64,000 bases of DNA, from assembly GCA_945869695.1 (NCBI GenBank), contig CAMBPV010000003.1:9687-73686 (forward strand), written 5' to 3'. A program made the position numbers and the translations under genes. This document shows positions 17,432 through 26,155 of the stretch, piece after piece. The first letter of the stretch is position 1. Each line of letters opens with the position of its first letter. The notes below the pieces were generated by a model, which was not told where the DNA came from, searched no databases, and worked only from the letters and a program-made list of their open reading frames with translations. Source of the DNA: Prosthecobacter debontii. GTDB lineage: Bacteria > Verrucomicrobiota > Verrucomicrobiia > Verrucomicrobiales > Verrucomicrobiaceae.

Positions 17432-19003
17432 TCAAGTGCTCCAAGCAGCCCAAAAGGCCCGCGACTGTTCATCGTCGGGGCGGATCTCGATCACGACGGG
17501 CCCCGACGGCAGATCGTTGAAGTCAGCGGGTGTCTCGCAAAGCCTGTATCCCATTCCCCACATCCTCGCCCACGGCTCGAAGGAGAGTGAGTGCGCGTTT
17601 TCGACCCTCTCACGATTCTCCGCGCTCATGGAGCCAAAAGCAGCCATGCGGCTGAAGATGCGCCCCCCTTTGTTGTTGATCACGACAACCCGCCGATTGC
17701 CCTCCTGAAGTTGCTGTAGAATCCAAGGTGCACTCAGATCATACAACGCCGTGAGATCTCCGCAGACCACCCATGATTCAGAGCTCTCAGCTCCGATCCC
17801 CAAAAACGTGGATATCTGGCCATCGATGCCATTGGCTCCGCGGTTGGCAAAAAACAACGTGCCCGATTTGGGATTCTCCGAGGCGAGATTCCATTCACGA
17901 ATTGGCAGACTGTTGCCCAACAATACCTTGGCACCCGATGGAACCGACTGACTGACACGCCGAACCCACGCAACCTCGGAGAGAGGGTTTTCAGCCAAGA
18001 GCCTATCGAGGGCTAACCGCTCCCGAGTGCAATCCACTTTTGAAACGGCTCCCGCACAGTGATCCGCATGATAGTTGAGCACTTCCCACCCTGCTGTTTC
18101 GACATTCTCTTTTCTCGCCAACCCGGGGAAACCCGGTTCACAAATGTTAAGCACGGCGATCTGGGTCCGAGCCTCCAGGTGACGCCACCAACTCCACGAG
18201 GGAACAGCACCAATGCGCAGAACTCGTTTGATCGAAAGACTCTGAAGGCACTTCTCTCCACCCTGGATCAAAAGGCCGATCAACTCAGATCGATCCCGGA
18301 GATTCGAAGTTGCTTCCGCGAGCACGGGGGCATTCACCGCGAGCAGGAATGCGGATACAATCTCAACTCTCTGCTCAGACAATCCGCCGACCAAAACGAT
18401 CAGCCCCTCTCGATTCTCCAACCATGATTCAAGAATCGACTGACCCTTTCCATGAGCCTTGATTTGAAGATTCACCGTTGTTTCCTTCGCGGTAAAGGCC
18501 ACTCCAGAGATCTGTTCATTGCCCGGTTCTTCCATACAGACGTTCAAATGAAACGGCGATTCCCCCACGGTTGCGGGCCATGCGATTGGAGAATCCAAAC
18601 CATCAATGTCCAACGTTGCGGACGCATAGGAGCCAAACAAACCCACTTGTTCGATCGACTGGGGCGCCCCGGTTCCTCGATAAGTGCGCGGCCTGTCTGC
18701 GGTGACCAAAACCAACGGAGCACCCTGGTAATGGGCTTCGATCACGGCGGGCAAAAGCTCAGCCGCTGCCGTGCCTGAAGTGGTGACGACCGCAACGGGT
18801 TCCTTCGATACCATGCAGCGGCCCAACGCAAAAAATGCGGCACTCCGCTCTTCAAAGAAATGATAAATCTGAATACCCTGGCTGGCCAAAAGAGACGAAA
18901 GAAGCGGTGCGTTCCGTGCTCCGGCTGCAATGCAGAACTCCCTCACCCCGAGCCGGACCAATCCTGATACCACTTCCAACGCGAGATCGCCGTTTGTTTT
19001 CAC
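17432..19003 (-). CDS. menD: SEPHCHC synthase (2-succinyl-5-enolpyruvyl-6-hydroxy-3-cyclohexene-1-carboxylate synthase)
   Basis: ThDP enzyme layout with GSRNAPL-like AGARNAPL and the GDLTALYDL...NNKGG ThDP motif. Its GTG start overlaps the menF stop (GTGA at 19000-19003). Confidence 0.85.
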   Translation of the reverse strand: MKTNGDLALEVVSGLVRLGVREFCIAAGARNAPLLSSLLASQGIQIYHFFEERSAAFFALGRCMVSKEPVAVVTTSGTAAAELLPAVIEAHYQGAPLVLVTADRPRTYRGTGAPQSIEQVGLFGSYASATLDIDGLDSPIAWPATVGESPFHLNVCMEEPGNEQISGVAFTAKETTVNLQIKAHGKGQSILESWLENREGLIVLVGGLSEQRVEIVSAFLLAVNAPVLAEATSNLRDRSELIGLLIQGGEKCLQSLSIKRVLRIGAVPSWSWWRHLEARTQIAVLNICEPGFPGLARKENVETAGWEVLNYHADHCAGAVSKVDCTRERLALDRLLAENPLSEVAWVRRVSQSVPSGAKVLLGNSLPIREWNLASENPKSGTLFFANRGANGIDGQISTFLGIGAESSESWVVCGDLTALYDLSAPWILQQLQEGNRRVVVINNKGGRIFSRMAAFGSMSAENRERVENAHSLSFEPWARMWGMGYRLCETPADFNDLPSGPVVIEIRPDDEQSRAFWAAWST

Positions 19004-20004
19004 AATCCTAGGAGTCTAAGTACGGCTTCCCTCTTCAGCCTCAGTTCACGCCATTCGTGATCAAAAGCACTTCCGCCCACGATGCCACAGCCTGAGGGTA
19101 AGGTAACCTCTCCTTCCTGCCAAGAGATACCTCGGATCGCGACAATGAGATGATGTTCACCTCGCAGCGAGAAACCAAAGGGCGCCCCAAAAAATCCAGG
19201 TGCCTTCAGTTGGGCTCGATACTCTTTGAGTCTGTTCAGCCACTCCTCTGTTCTCGGCAGGCAACCAACTGCTGGCGTCGGATGGAGGATTCGGATCAAA
19301 TCATTCACGTTCACTCTCTCACTGACCTCAGCTGATAACTTCGTTTTGAAATGAACAAGTCCTGCCGTTTCCAGCACTTCTCGAGTCCCTCGCGTTACGT
19401 TTCCGATTTGGCTGAGGTGTTGCTCTATAAATGACACGACATATTCGTGCTCGCCAATCTCCTTCACGTCCGACAAGAAATCCTGTTGATTACCCGGTTT
19501 GGCCGTTCCCGCCAGCGCCATCGTTTCGAGGTGCCCGCCTTGCTTGCTGAAAAGCAATTCAGGGGAAGCACCCAGAAAACCACGATCACCGGCTACATGA
19601 GCATAGCACCAGAGGTTTGACGGCGCATTCATGATCCGGCTCAGCAGACCCAACGGATGGCCGGTCAAACAACGTCCGTTCTCCACCAAGACCGGAACCA
19701 TTTTCTCCAATCGCCCAGCCAGCACCTCGCGCCTGATTCGGCGGAAAGCCATCTTAAACCACTCGGTGGCGGGTTTATCCCACTGAATTTTCAAAGCCGA
19801 GTCATCCTGGCACGCCACCGTCTTCAGGGAGTCTGCGGTCACCTCGTAAAGGGAAGCTGGCTTCTTCCAAGGTTTCGGATCTGAAAGATCAAAATTGTTC
19901 ACGTAAAAACACCCCTCTGATGCGTCTGGCTGGTCTAGCGAAACAAAGGGGCCCTTCCCGATCCACGCCCTTCCGTCGGGCAGCCTAAAAAATGCGAATT
20001 CCAT
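19000..20004 (-). CDS. menF: Isochorismate synthase (short form)
   Basis: Chorismate-binding domain features (LHPTPAVGG-like LHPTPAVGCLP, GAPFGF) and translational coupling to menD. Confidence 0.75.
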   Translation of the reverse strand: MEFAFFRLPDGRAWIGKGPFVSLDQPDASEGCFYVNNFDLSDPKPWKKPASLYEVTADSLKTVACQDDSALKIQWDKPATEWFKMAFRRIRREVLAGRLEKMVPVLVENGRCLTGHPLGLLSRIMNAPSNLWCYAHVAGDRGFLGASPELLFSKQGGHLETMALAGTAKPGNQQDFLSDVKEIGEHEYVVSFIEQHLSQIGNVTRGTREVLETAGLVHFKTKLSAEVSERVNVNDLIRILHPTPAVGCLPRTEEWLNRLKEYRAQLKAPGFFGAPFGFSLRGEHHLIVAIRGISWQEGEVTLPSGCGIVGGSAFDHEWRELRLKREAVLRLLGL

Positions 20005-20010
20005 GATGTG

Positions 20011-20076
20011 GTTTCAATTTGAAACGCTGGAGACCGCATGCAAGGACGACTGCCTTTCTATGTTTCGATTCGAAAG
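20011..20076. promoter_or_regulatory. Two related 15-bp palindromes upstream of menF (candidate operator pair)
   Basis: GTTTCAAtTTGAAAC at 20011-20025 is a perfect 7+1+7 palindrome. GTTTCGAtTCGAAAG at 20062-20076 matches 6/7. Centres are 51 bp apart. The first begins 7 nt upstream of the menF ATG. Confidence 0.25.
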
Positions 20077-20110
20077 GAGCAAACTGAGCAATTCCAGTGG
20101 GTGCCGCTCC

Positions 20111-21889
20111 CTAAAGGGCCATTTTGAGGAACCTGAGTTCCTCATCCAGTAGGAGCGCCGAAGGAATGGACTCGGCCATCCGAAAGGCCTCGGTCGGATT
20201 GTCATCCAGTTTGCTCACGAGGCCAGCCATGACGGCTCTGACTCCCACTGGAAGAGATGCTGGTTGAGTCACTTCTTGCAGTTCGGCCTTTGCGAGGCGG
20301 TAATCGCCCAACCGGAAAGCAGAAAGGGATCTTAAAATGGCCAAATACGATTTCGCTTCCGGTGAACTCAGAAACACTTCCGAGACCTGCACCTTCGAGA
20401 GGGAAACAGACGCCTCTTCGAACTGCGTCCCGAGAAGGAGACGAAGGTAGTCAACCCTTGCTCGATTCATCCAGCCTTCCGGCTTCGCTTCGACTAAACG
20501 TTGAGCAGCATCGAGCATTCCTCTCCCATCTTTTCGGAGAGCCGCCATCTCATACATTTTGGTTAGCATCATGACCCGATTCCTCGGGTTTTTTTCCTCG
20601 ATCATCGCATACCCCTCAGAAGCCAATTCCCACAAGCCGAGACCCTCAGCCATATCCGCGCACCGGGCGATGACTTGCATCTCACCGAATTTCGCCGCAG
20701 CCCGATAGGCATTCCCGATCTGATGTTTGGTCTCCGTTAGATCTTTTTCAAGCTTGCTCGCGCATTGCGCCAATAAGGCATGCGCAGATGCCTGAGAAAT
20801 CATCGGAGCAGGACTGCTCAGAATCACTGCCTTCAAGTCCGCCCACTTTTCGGCACCCATCAGGGCTTCAGCATAAATCGGGAATGCACTCGCGGATTTG
20901 GAGACAAGTGATTTAGGCACCAGTCCGAGGATGCGATTCATCTCCCCTTCTTTGCCTAACCAGCGCAAGAGTTGAACCATGTCTTCGATACCCTTGCCTT
21001 TGTATTTCGCACACTCCTCATCAATGAGCGCTTTCTTCTTATTGGGGAAGATCTTAATGTAAGACGAGAGCACCATCAAACGGTGCTTATCCTCAGACTT
21101 GGGGTGTTTTGCGACCGTCAGACGGAGATCCTCTGCATCGCTTGGCGTGAGGTTTGTCTGACTGGACAAATACATGATGGCCTGAAGTGCCGCATCATCC
21201 TTTCCCTTGGATATGACGCGAATTCGTTCCAAGGCAGCCCGACGGGTCTCATCAAAAGGCAGATCCAGATCGAGCATCGCGAGGCGCAATCTGCAACTGG
21301 TGTCATTCAAATCGAGCGTGAGGGCTTTCCTGAGTGTGCTCAACGCAAGGGCGTGATCACCCTCGCTATCTTGAATTTTAGCCAGCAATTCGAGCCCGTG
21401 TCTGCCCTTTTTTTCATCCGCATCGAGAGCTTCGAAAACCTCCTTTGCTTTTCCGGCGTCTCCACTCAGCAGCAACGCCTCACCATAAAATACCCGATCC
21501 TCAGTCGTCGCTCGCGGTTGAGTCACGAGTCGATGGAGAATCTGGCGCATTGCGGCGGGATCACCCCTTGTTTTCAAAAGAAGACTGGCTGCTGTCCTGA
21601 GCACCTCGGGCTCGTTAGGAGAAATCTTTATGGCATCCTGCACAGCCAAAAAAGCCGCCTGCCAATTTTCATCCGCCAGTTCCTTTTTGGCGACCTCCAC
21701 GGTCTTTCTTGCGCGGTAGTCCCGCACCTGGCGGTAGAGCACTCGTCCGCCGAAGATCAACCCGATTCCCGCCAAAATCAGGATCACAATCAATGCATAA
21801 AGAATTGTCGTCCACTTCCCCTCCCGTGAGTTGACCGGGAGGGGAAAGTGCTCGACGGGGTGATTCGTTCCCGATGATTCTTTGCTCAT
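20111..21889 (-). CDS. Membrane-anchored TPR-repeat protein
   Basis: N-terminal TM segment (WTTILYALIVILILAGIGLIF) followed by about 500 aa of helical repeats rich in A/L/E/K. ATG 21889 is preferred over the track TTG 21919. Confidence 0.65.
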   Translation of the reverse strand: MSKESSGTNHPVEHFPLPVNSREGKWTTILYALIVILILAGIGLIFGGRVLYRQVRDYRARKTVEVAKKELADENWQAAFLAVQDAIKISPNEPEVLRTAASLLLKTRGDPAAMRQILHRLVTQPRATTEDRVFYGEALLLSGDAGKAKEVFEALDADEKKGRHGLELLAKIQDSEGDHALALSTLRKALTLDLNDTSCRLRLAMLDLDLPFDETRRAALERIRVISKGKDDAALQAIMYLSSQTNLTPSDAEDLRLTVAKHPKSEDKHRLMVLSSYIKIFPNKKKALIDEECAKYKGKGIEDMVQLLRWLGKEGEMNRILGLVPKSLVSKSASAFPIYAEALMGAEKWADLKAVILSSPAPMISQASAHALLAQCASKLEKDLTETKHQIGNAYRAAAKFGEMQVIARCADMAEGLGLWELASEGYAMIEEKNPRNRVMMLTKMYEMAALRKDGRGMLDAAQRLVEAKPEGWMNRARVDYLRLLLGTQFEEASVSLSKVQVSEVFLSSPEAKSYLAILRSLSAFRLGDYRLAKAELQEVTQPASLPVGVRAVMAGLVSKLDDNPTEAFRMAESIPSALLLDEELRFLKMAL

Positions 21890-21900
21890 TTTTCCAAGGT

Positions 21901-23565
21901 CTAAAACTGCAACACACAACGAAAGCCCAGATCATTCCGAGCGCCTTCGATGCCCAAATGACCACGGAAAGAGGAAAGCAGGGATTCCTTCTCGGAAAAG
22001 AGCCAAGAGCCTCCCCGGATCACTCGCTGGTTATCCCCCGTGGCCCATTCATCTGCACACCACTCCGCTGCATTGCCGCCCAGATCGTGAATGCCTTTTG
22101 AGTTGGGCTCAAATGAACCCACCGGACCGGTGTATGAAAATGCGTCCCGATAGGTCGGCACCACTTTGTCACTCTCAATGTTGACGCTGTTGGCAACCGG
22201 TGGCCAAAGATCATTGCCCCAGGGAAAGTGTAGTTTGTTGCCGAGGTGCCGCTCTGCAGCAGTGGCACCGGTCTCTTCTGGCAGGTCAGCCATGGCGCTC
22301 CACTCTTGGTCCGTTGGCAGCCTGTAAGATGCGGTCGGGGGGATGATTTTCAATTTCCGATCTTTTTCCGTCAGCCATTCGCAAAAGGCCATGGCATTTT
22401 TCCAGGTAACTCCCACAGCGGGCTGAACACCCGAGTTGAGGAAGGCTGGCTTCTTGACCCAGTCGCCATCGGTGGCTCTCAAGAAGGCTTCGTAGTCTTG
22501 CGCCCTGACCTCGAATTTTCCCGCGAGCCATTCCTTTCCACTCATCGGCACAAAGTCCATCCCTAGACTATTCTTAAAGGGTTGACCAGTGACAGCCGGC
22601 GCTAGTTTGGAAACATCCGTCGAAACAGTCGCAGTCGCGCCATCCTTGAGTTTCTCTCGCATCGCAGCGACCTCCTTTGGATCGATATCGGTTTGTGCCA
22701 TCGAAACCTGCTTTTGTTTCGCCTCGGTCTCTCGCTTGATTTTTTGATCTGCCAAAATGACAGCCGTCCTGCGACGGTCCTCGAATACGCACCGGAATCC
22801 AATGGTCGGGGCACGTAGCTCTGCGGGCACCTCGTAACGATAGGCTGACGTCAGACACTCCGAGCGAAAGTATGCCCACGAACCGCCCCGGAGTCCACCA
22901 ACGGGAAGAGCCTGAAGCTTTCTATCCCAGACCCACTCCCACACGTTGCCCGAAAGGTCGAACAGTCCCTCACCACTCGGGGGGAACTGACCAACAGGTG
23001 CGGTGTAATCAAAGCCGTCTTCGTAACCCGGAATTTCCTGAGCCGCAAAATTGGCAAACCGCTTTGGTGGCGGCCAATCCAGCCCCCATGGAAAAACTCT
23101 TTCATCCTGCACCTTGTCATCGATCCCAGCATCCGTCTTCCTTGCCTTAGTCAAGTTGATGGCAGCATCCCACTCCTCATTACTCGGAAGGCGGTAGGAT
23201 TGATTCGAGTCAATCCTTTCAGCCTTTCGTTCTTTCGTGGTCAGCCAGTTACAGTAGGCGATCGCATCCTGAAGATTCACTCCCACTGCTGGATGATCGC
23301 CCGTTTGGTTGAAGTGTGGTTTATACGACCAGGCATAATTCGATTCCTTCACGAATTCCTCGTAGTCCGCAACCCGTGTTTCCCAAGTGGCAAACATGAC
23401 TGTCGTCCCGGGCATGGGAACGAAAGTTACCCCCTGGGAACTCACATGGGGCTTATCGAGGACAAGGGCCGGATCTTGTGCAGACAACACATTAAAAAAT
23501 AGCAGTGTCACACAACTGCACTGCACGAGAAGGTTTCTCGGAGATTTGATTTCTGAGGATGTCAT
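21901..23565 (-). CDS. Secreted protein with two FGE-sulfatase (SUMF1/EgtB/PvdO-type) domains
   Basis: Signal peptide after ATG 23565. Two copies carry the domain hallmarks (YRLPSNEEWD / YRLPTDQEWS, GNVWEW / GNAAEW, RGGSW, GFRCV). Confidence 0.8.
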   Translation of the reverse strand: MTSSEIKSPRNLLVQCSCVTLLFFNVLSAQDPALVLDKPHVSSQGVTFVPMPGTTVMFATWETRVADYEEFVKESNYAWSYKPHFNQTGDHPAVGVNLQDAIAYCNWLTTKERKAERIDSNQSYRLPSNEEWDAAINLTKARKTDAGIDDKVQDERVFPWGLDWPPPKRFANFAAQEIPGYEDGFDYTAPVGQFPPSGEGLFDLSGNVWEWVWDRKLQALPVGGLRGGSWAYFRSECLTSAYRYEVPAELRAPTIGFRCVFEDRRRTAVILADQKIKRETEAKQKQVSMAQTDIDPKEVAAMREKLKDGATATVSTDVSKLAPAVTGQPFKNSLGMDFVPMSGKEWLAGKFEVRAQDYEAFLRATDGDWVKKPAFLNSGVQPAVGVTWKNAMAFCEWLTEKDRKLKIIPPTASYRLPTDQEWSAMADLPEETGATAAERHLGNKLHFPWGNDLWPPVANSVNIESDKVVPTYRDAFSYTGPVGSFEPNSKGIHDLGGNAAEWCADEWATGDNQRVIRGGSWLFSEKESLLSSFRGHLGIEGARNDLGFRCVLQF

Positions 23566-23936
23566 TGCAAGAGGGTTGGGAGGATCCGACAACGCTCAGA
23601 CGGAACCGGCGTCCGCAGGGCTGCAAGTCAGAAGCCTCTCACGGTGACTCTGCGCCAATGGAAAAGCAACCTTGGTTTAACCCCACACCGCGATTGCCGT
23701 GTTAACAAATCGTCACCGAGTGAGCGCGCCGTTTCGACAAGTCAATGTGCGCAAGCTGTTCCACAAATCCAAACCAACGGCCCGGAATCTCTGGCAATTA
23801 GCAACTAGAGGCCGCCGCCCGTCTTCACCAAGACATTCAAGACCAAGGTGATGACGGCGAGGATGATGACAATTAGAGCGAAGGGCATGGGGGAGAGACA
23901 GGTTGAAAGGGGGTGACGGTGAAACCCTGAGCAGAA

Positions 23937-24923
23937 TCAATCAGGGATGGTGGGCAGAACTTCCTTAAACTTGTTTTGCCAGACACCCGTAACGGCATTG
24001 TATGATTCCCAAGCCACTTTTTCGTCCGAAGGCACCAAGATCGCGGAGACTTCACCCGGACGTGCAGGCATCACTTTATCTGAGCCGAGCATGAGGATGG
24101 ACATCAAAACCACCGCAACAACGAGACAGGCGATGGAGATTCCGACAAGTCCAGCTTCCGGGTCTTTGTCGTCATCGTAGAATTGCTGAGAGTCAGCCGC
24201 TGCAGCACGTTTCACCGGTGCGCTGGCGGGAGCGGAGAGCGGTGCGCGTGCGATTGGCTGGGTCTGCTGAAGTTTAATCGTCGCTTTTGGCAGGGCGGCG
24301 GTGGCACCACCCGCGGACATCGGCCCCGTTCCAGCACCACCTCCCGGCGCAGTTGGGCGGGCGGGCGCTGGCCCACGAGCCAAGGGTGCCGTCATTGCAC
24401 CTGTTTCAGTTCGGACTCCGGCAGGCGCTGCTGAAGGAGGTCCCCCCATCGGCTTTGTCGGAGGCGGACCGGCTGGAGGCCCAACTGCACGCGGAGCCGG
24501 AGCGGGCGGTGCACCGGGTGCACGGGCAGCGGGCGGAGCACCCGCGCTGGGTCTAGGCGCTGGGGGTGCCATCGGCCCCGAAGGCCGAGGTGGGACCGAA
24601 GGACGCGGAGCCGTCACCGCAGCAGCAGGTGGCGGAGGAAGCGAGACAGGCGCCGTCGAAGCCTTGGGTGATGGCGGTGGCAAGGGTGCGGAAGGAAGCT
24701 GAATTGGAGCTGTCGCCCTGCGGGCGGTGGGAGGCATGATCGAACTTGTCGTCATCGTCGGCACGCTGCCTGTGACCGTGCCTGGGGCGACTGGGCTTGT
24801 CGCCTCACGGGGTTGAGTAACCCCTGCACCGGGGCGGGCACGCAAGGTGATGCGAACCGTTTCCTTCTTCAGCGGAACAGAAGATGTTTTGGGTGTTGAT
24901 GCAGGATTTTCGTTGTCGCTCAT
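23937..24923 (-). CDS. Pro/Ala-rich protein with a single C-proximal TM helix
   Basis: 328 aa with long PA-rich low-complexity stretches. Two short basic beta-like motifs (KKETVRITL, KATIKLQ). TM segment LVGISIACLVVAVVLMSILML is followed by a tail of about 60 aa. Confidence 0.6.
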   Translation of the reverse strand: MSDNENPASTPKTSSVPLKKETVRITLRARPGAGVTQPREATSPVAPGTVTGSVPTMTTSSIMPPTARRATAPIQLPSAPLPPPSPKASTAPVSLPPPPAAAVTAPRPSVPPRPSGPMAPPAPRPSAGAPPAARAPGAPPAPAPRAVGPPAGPPPTKPMGGPPSAAPAGVRTETGAMTAPLARGPAPARPTAPGGGAGTGPMSAGGATAALPKATIKLQQTQPIARAPLSAPASAPVKRAAAADSQQFYDDDKDPEAGLVGISIACLVVAVVLMSILMLGSDKVMPARPGEVSAILVPSDEKVAWESYNAVTGVWQNKFKEVLPTIPD

Positions 24924-25005
24924 GTGTCAGATTAATTCAGAATAATACCCGTTTATTTAGCGAGATTGACCACCGGACGTCAATACCTTTCTCCCACGGC
25001 AGCGC

Positions 25006-25031
25006 GGATTTGAGCATTTTTATTCAAATCC
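25006..25031 (-). terminator. Hairpin just downstream of pfkA
   Basis: 8-bp stem GGATTTGA/TCAAATCC with a 10-nt AT-rich loop, 21 nt past the pfkA stop. No strong U-tract. Confidence 0.3.
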
Positions 25032-25051
25032 AAACTTTATGACTGGCGATC

Positions 25052-26137
25052 CTACTCAGCCTCGTCTCCAAAACTGATACCCACACTCCGGGCCGCGATC
25101 ACCACATCGTTGTCGCTTTCGACTAATCGGAGCTTCGAAACCGCTTCTTCGATAGGCACCTCACCCATCCGATAGTTTTGATAGCTCACCATCTGTCCAA
25201 ACTTACCTTCTTGGGCTAGCTGGACGGCTTTCACACCAAATCGAAGCCCCAGTATACGATCCAGGCTCGTCGGCGATCCGCCACGTTGAAGGTGACCCAA
25301 AGTGCATTCGCGTGTCTCCTTTCCAGTCAGGATTTGGACTCGCTCCGCAATCCGCTCACCCACGCCGCCCAGTCGGTCTTCGCCTGATTTGCCAACCTTT
25401 TTCTTTTTGACCAAACCATCGTCGGGCAGGCTCACTCCTTCCGCCACGACGATCAGCGTGCTGTGGTGTCCCTGGGCATCCCGCTCCCTGATCACTTCTG
25501 CCACACGCTCCATCGAGAACGGAATCTCCGGTAAGAGGATGATGTCAGCCCCACCCCCTACCCCACCCCAGAGGGCGATCCAACCCGCATGGCGACCCAT
25601 GACTTCGAGCACCATCACTCGCTTGTGACTTTCTGCCGTCGTGTGAAGGCGATCCAGCGCATCCACCACCGACGCCACCGCTGACATGAATCCGAAGGTC
25701 ATCGCCGTGGCTTCCAAATCATTGTCGATCGTCTTCGGCACGCCGATGACCGGAATTCCCTCACGGAAAAGTTGCAGACCCGTGGTCAGGCTGCCATCAC
25801 CACCCACCACAATGAGTGCATGGACGTCCAACTGACGAAGCGTCCTCTTCGCTTTTTCGATCACGTCAGGCGGCACACAGGCCACACTGCCATCACCCAC
25901 TTTTGCCACGAAATGCCCCTTGTTTGTCGTCCCCAAAATGGTTCCGCCTAACTTCAAAATCCCAATCGTCTTGGTTGGATCAAGATGCATATAGTCCCCG
26001 GGTGGCAAGAGCCCCTCAAAGCCATCGCGAAATCCCACAACCTCCCAACCCAGTTTGCTGGCAGCTCCCACGACCCCGTGGATCACCGCATTCAGCCCAG
26101 GGCAATCACCTCCACTGTTTAGAATTCCAATTCTCAT
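25052..26137 (-). CDS. pfkA: 6-phosphofructokinase (ATP-dependent type by motif)
   Basis: MRIGILNSGGDCPGLNAVI, VVGGDGS and PKTIDND motifs; 361 aa. Confidence 0.9.
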   Translation of the reverse strand: MRIGILNSGGDCPGLNAVIHGVVGAASKLGWEVVGFRDGFEGLLPPGDYMHLDPTKTIGILKLGGTILGTTNKGHFVAKVGDGSVACVPPDVIEKAKRTLRQLDVHALIVVGGDGSLTTGLQLFREGIPVIGVPKTIDNDLEATAMTFGFMSAVASVVDALDRLHTTAESHKRVMVLEVMGRHAGWIALWGGVGGGADIILLPEIPFSMERVAEVIRERDAQGHHSTLIVVAEGVSLPDDGLVKKKKVGKSGEDRLGGVGERIAERVQILTGKETRECTLGHLQRGGSPTSLDRILGLRFGVKAVQLAQEGKFGQMVSYQNYRMGEVPIEEAVSKLRLVESDNDVVIAARSVGISFGDEAE

Positions 26138-26155
26138 CGCCGTATTCCTCTAAAT

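Noticed and set aside
21901-23565. FGE/C-type-lectin-fold protein as a diversity-generating retroelement (DGR) target
   Set aside because: There is no reverse transcriptase ORF in the window. By eye I saw no second nucleotide copy (template repeat) of either domain end. The C-terminal segments lack the Asn/AAY-rich variable-region pattern.
24183-24702. Three + strand ORFs (83-133 aa), Gly/Ala/Arg-rich
   Set aside because: They are antisense to the Pro/Ala-rich gene. GC-rich low complexity (CCN versus GGN codons) keeps the opposite strand open.
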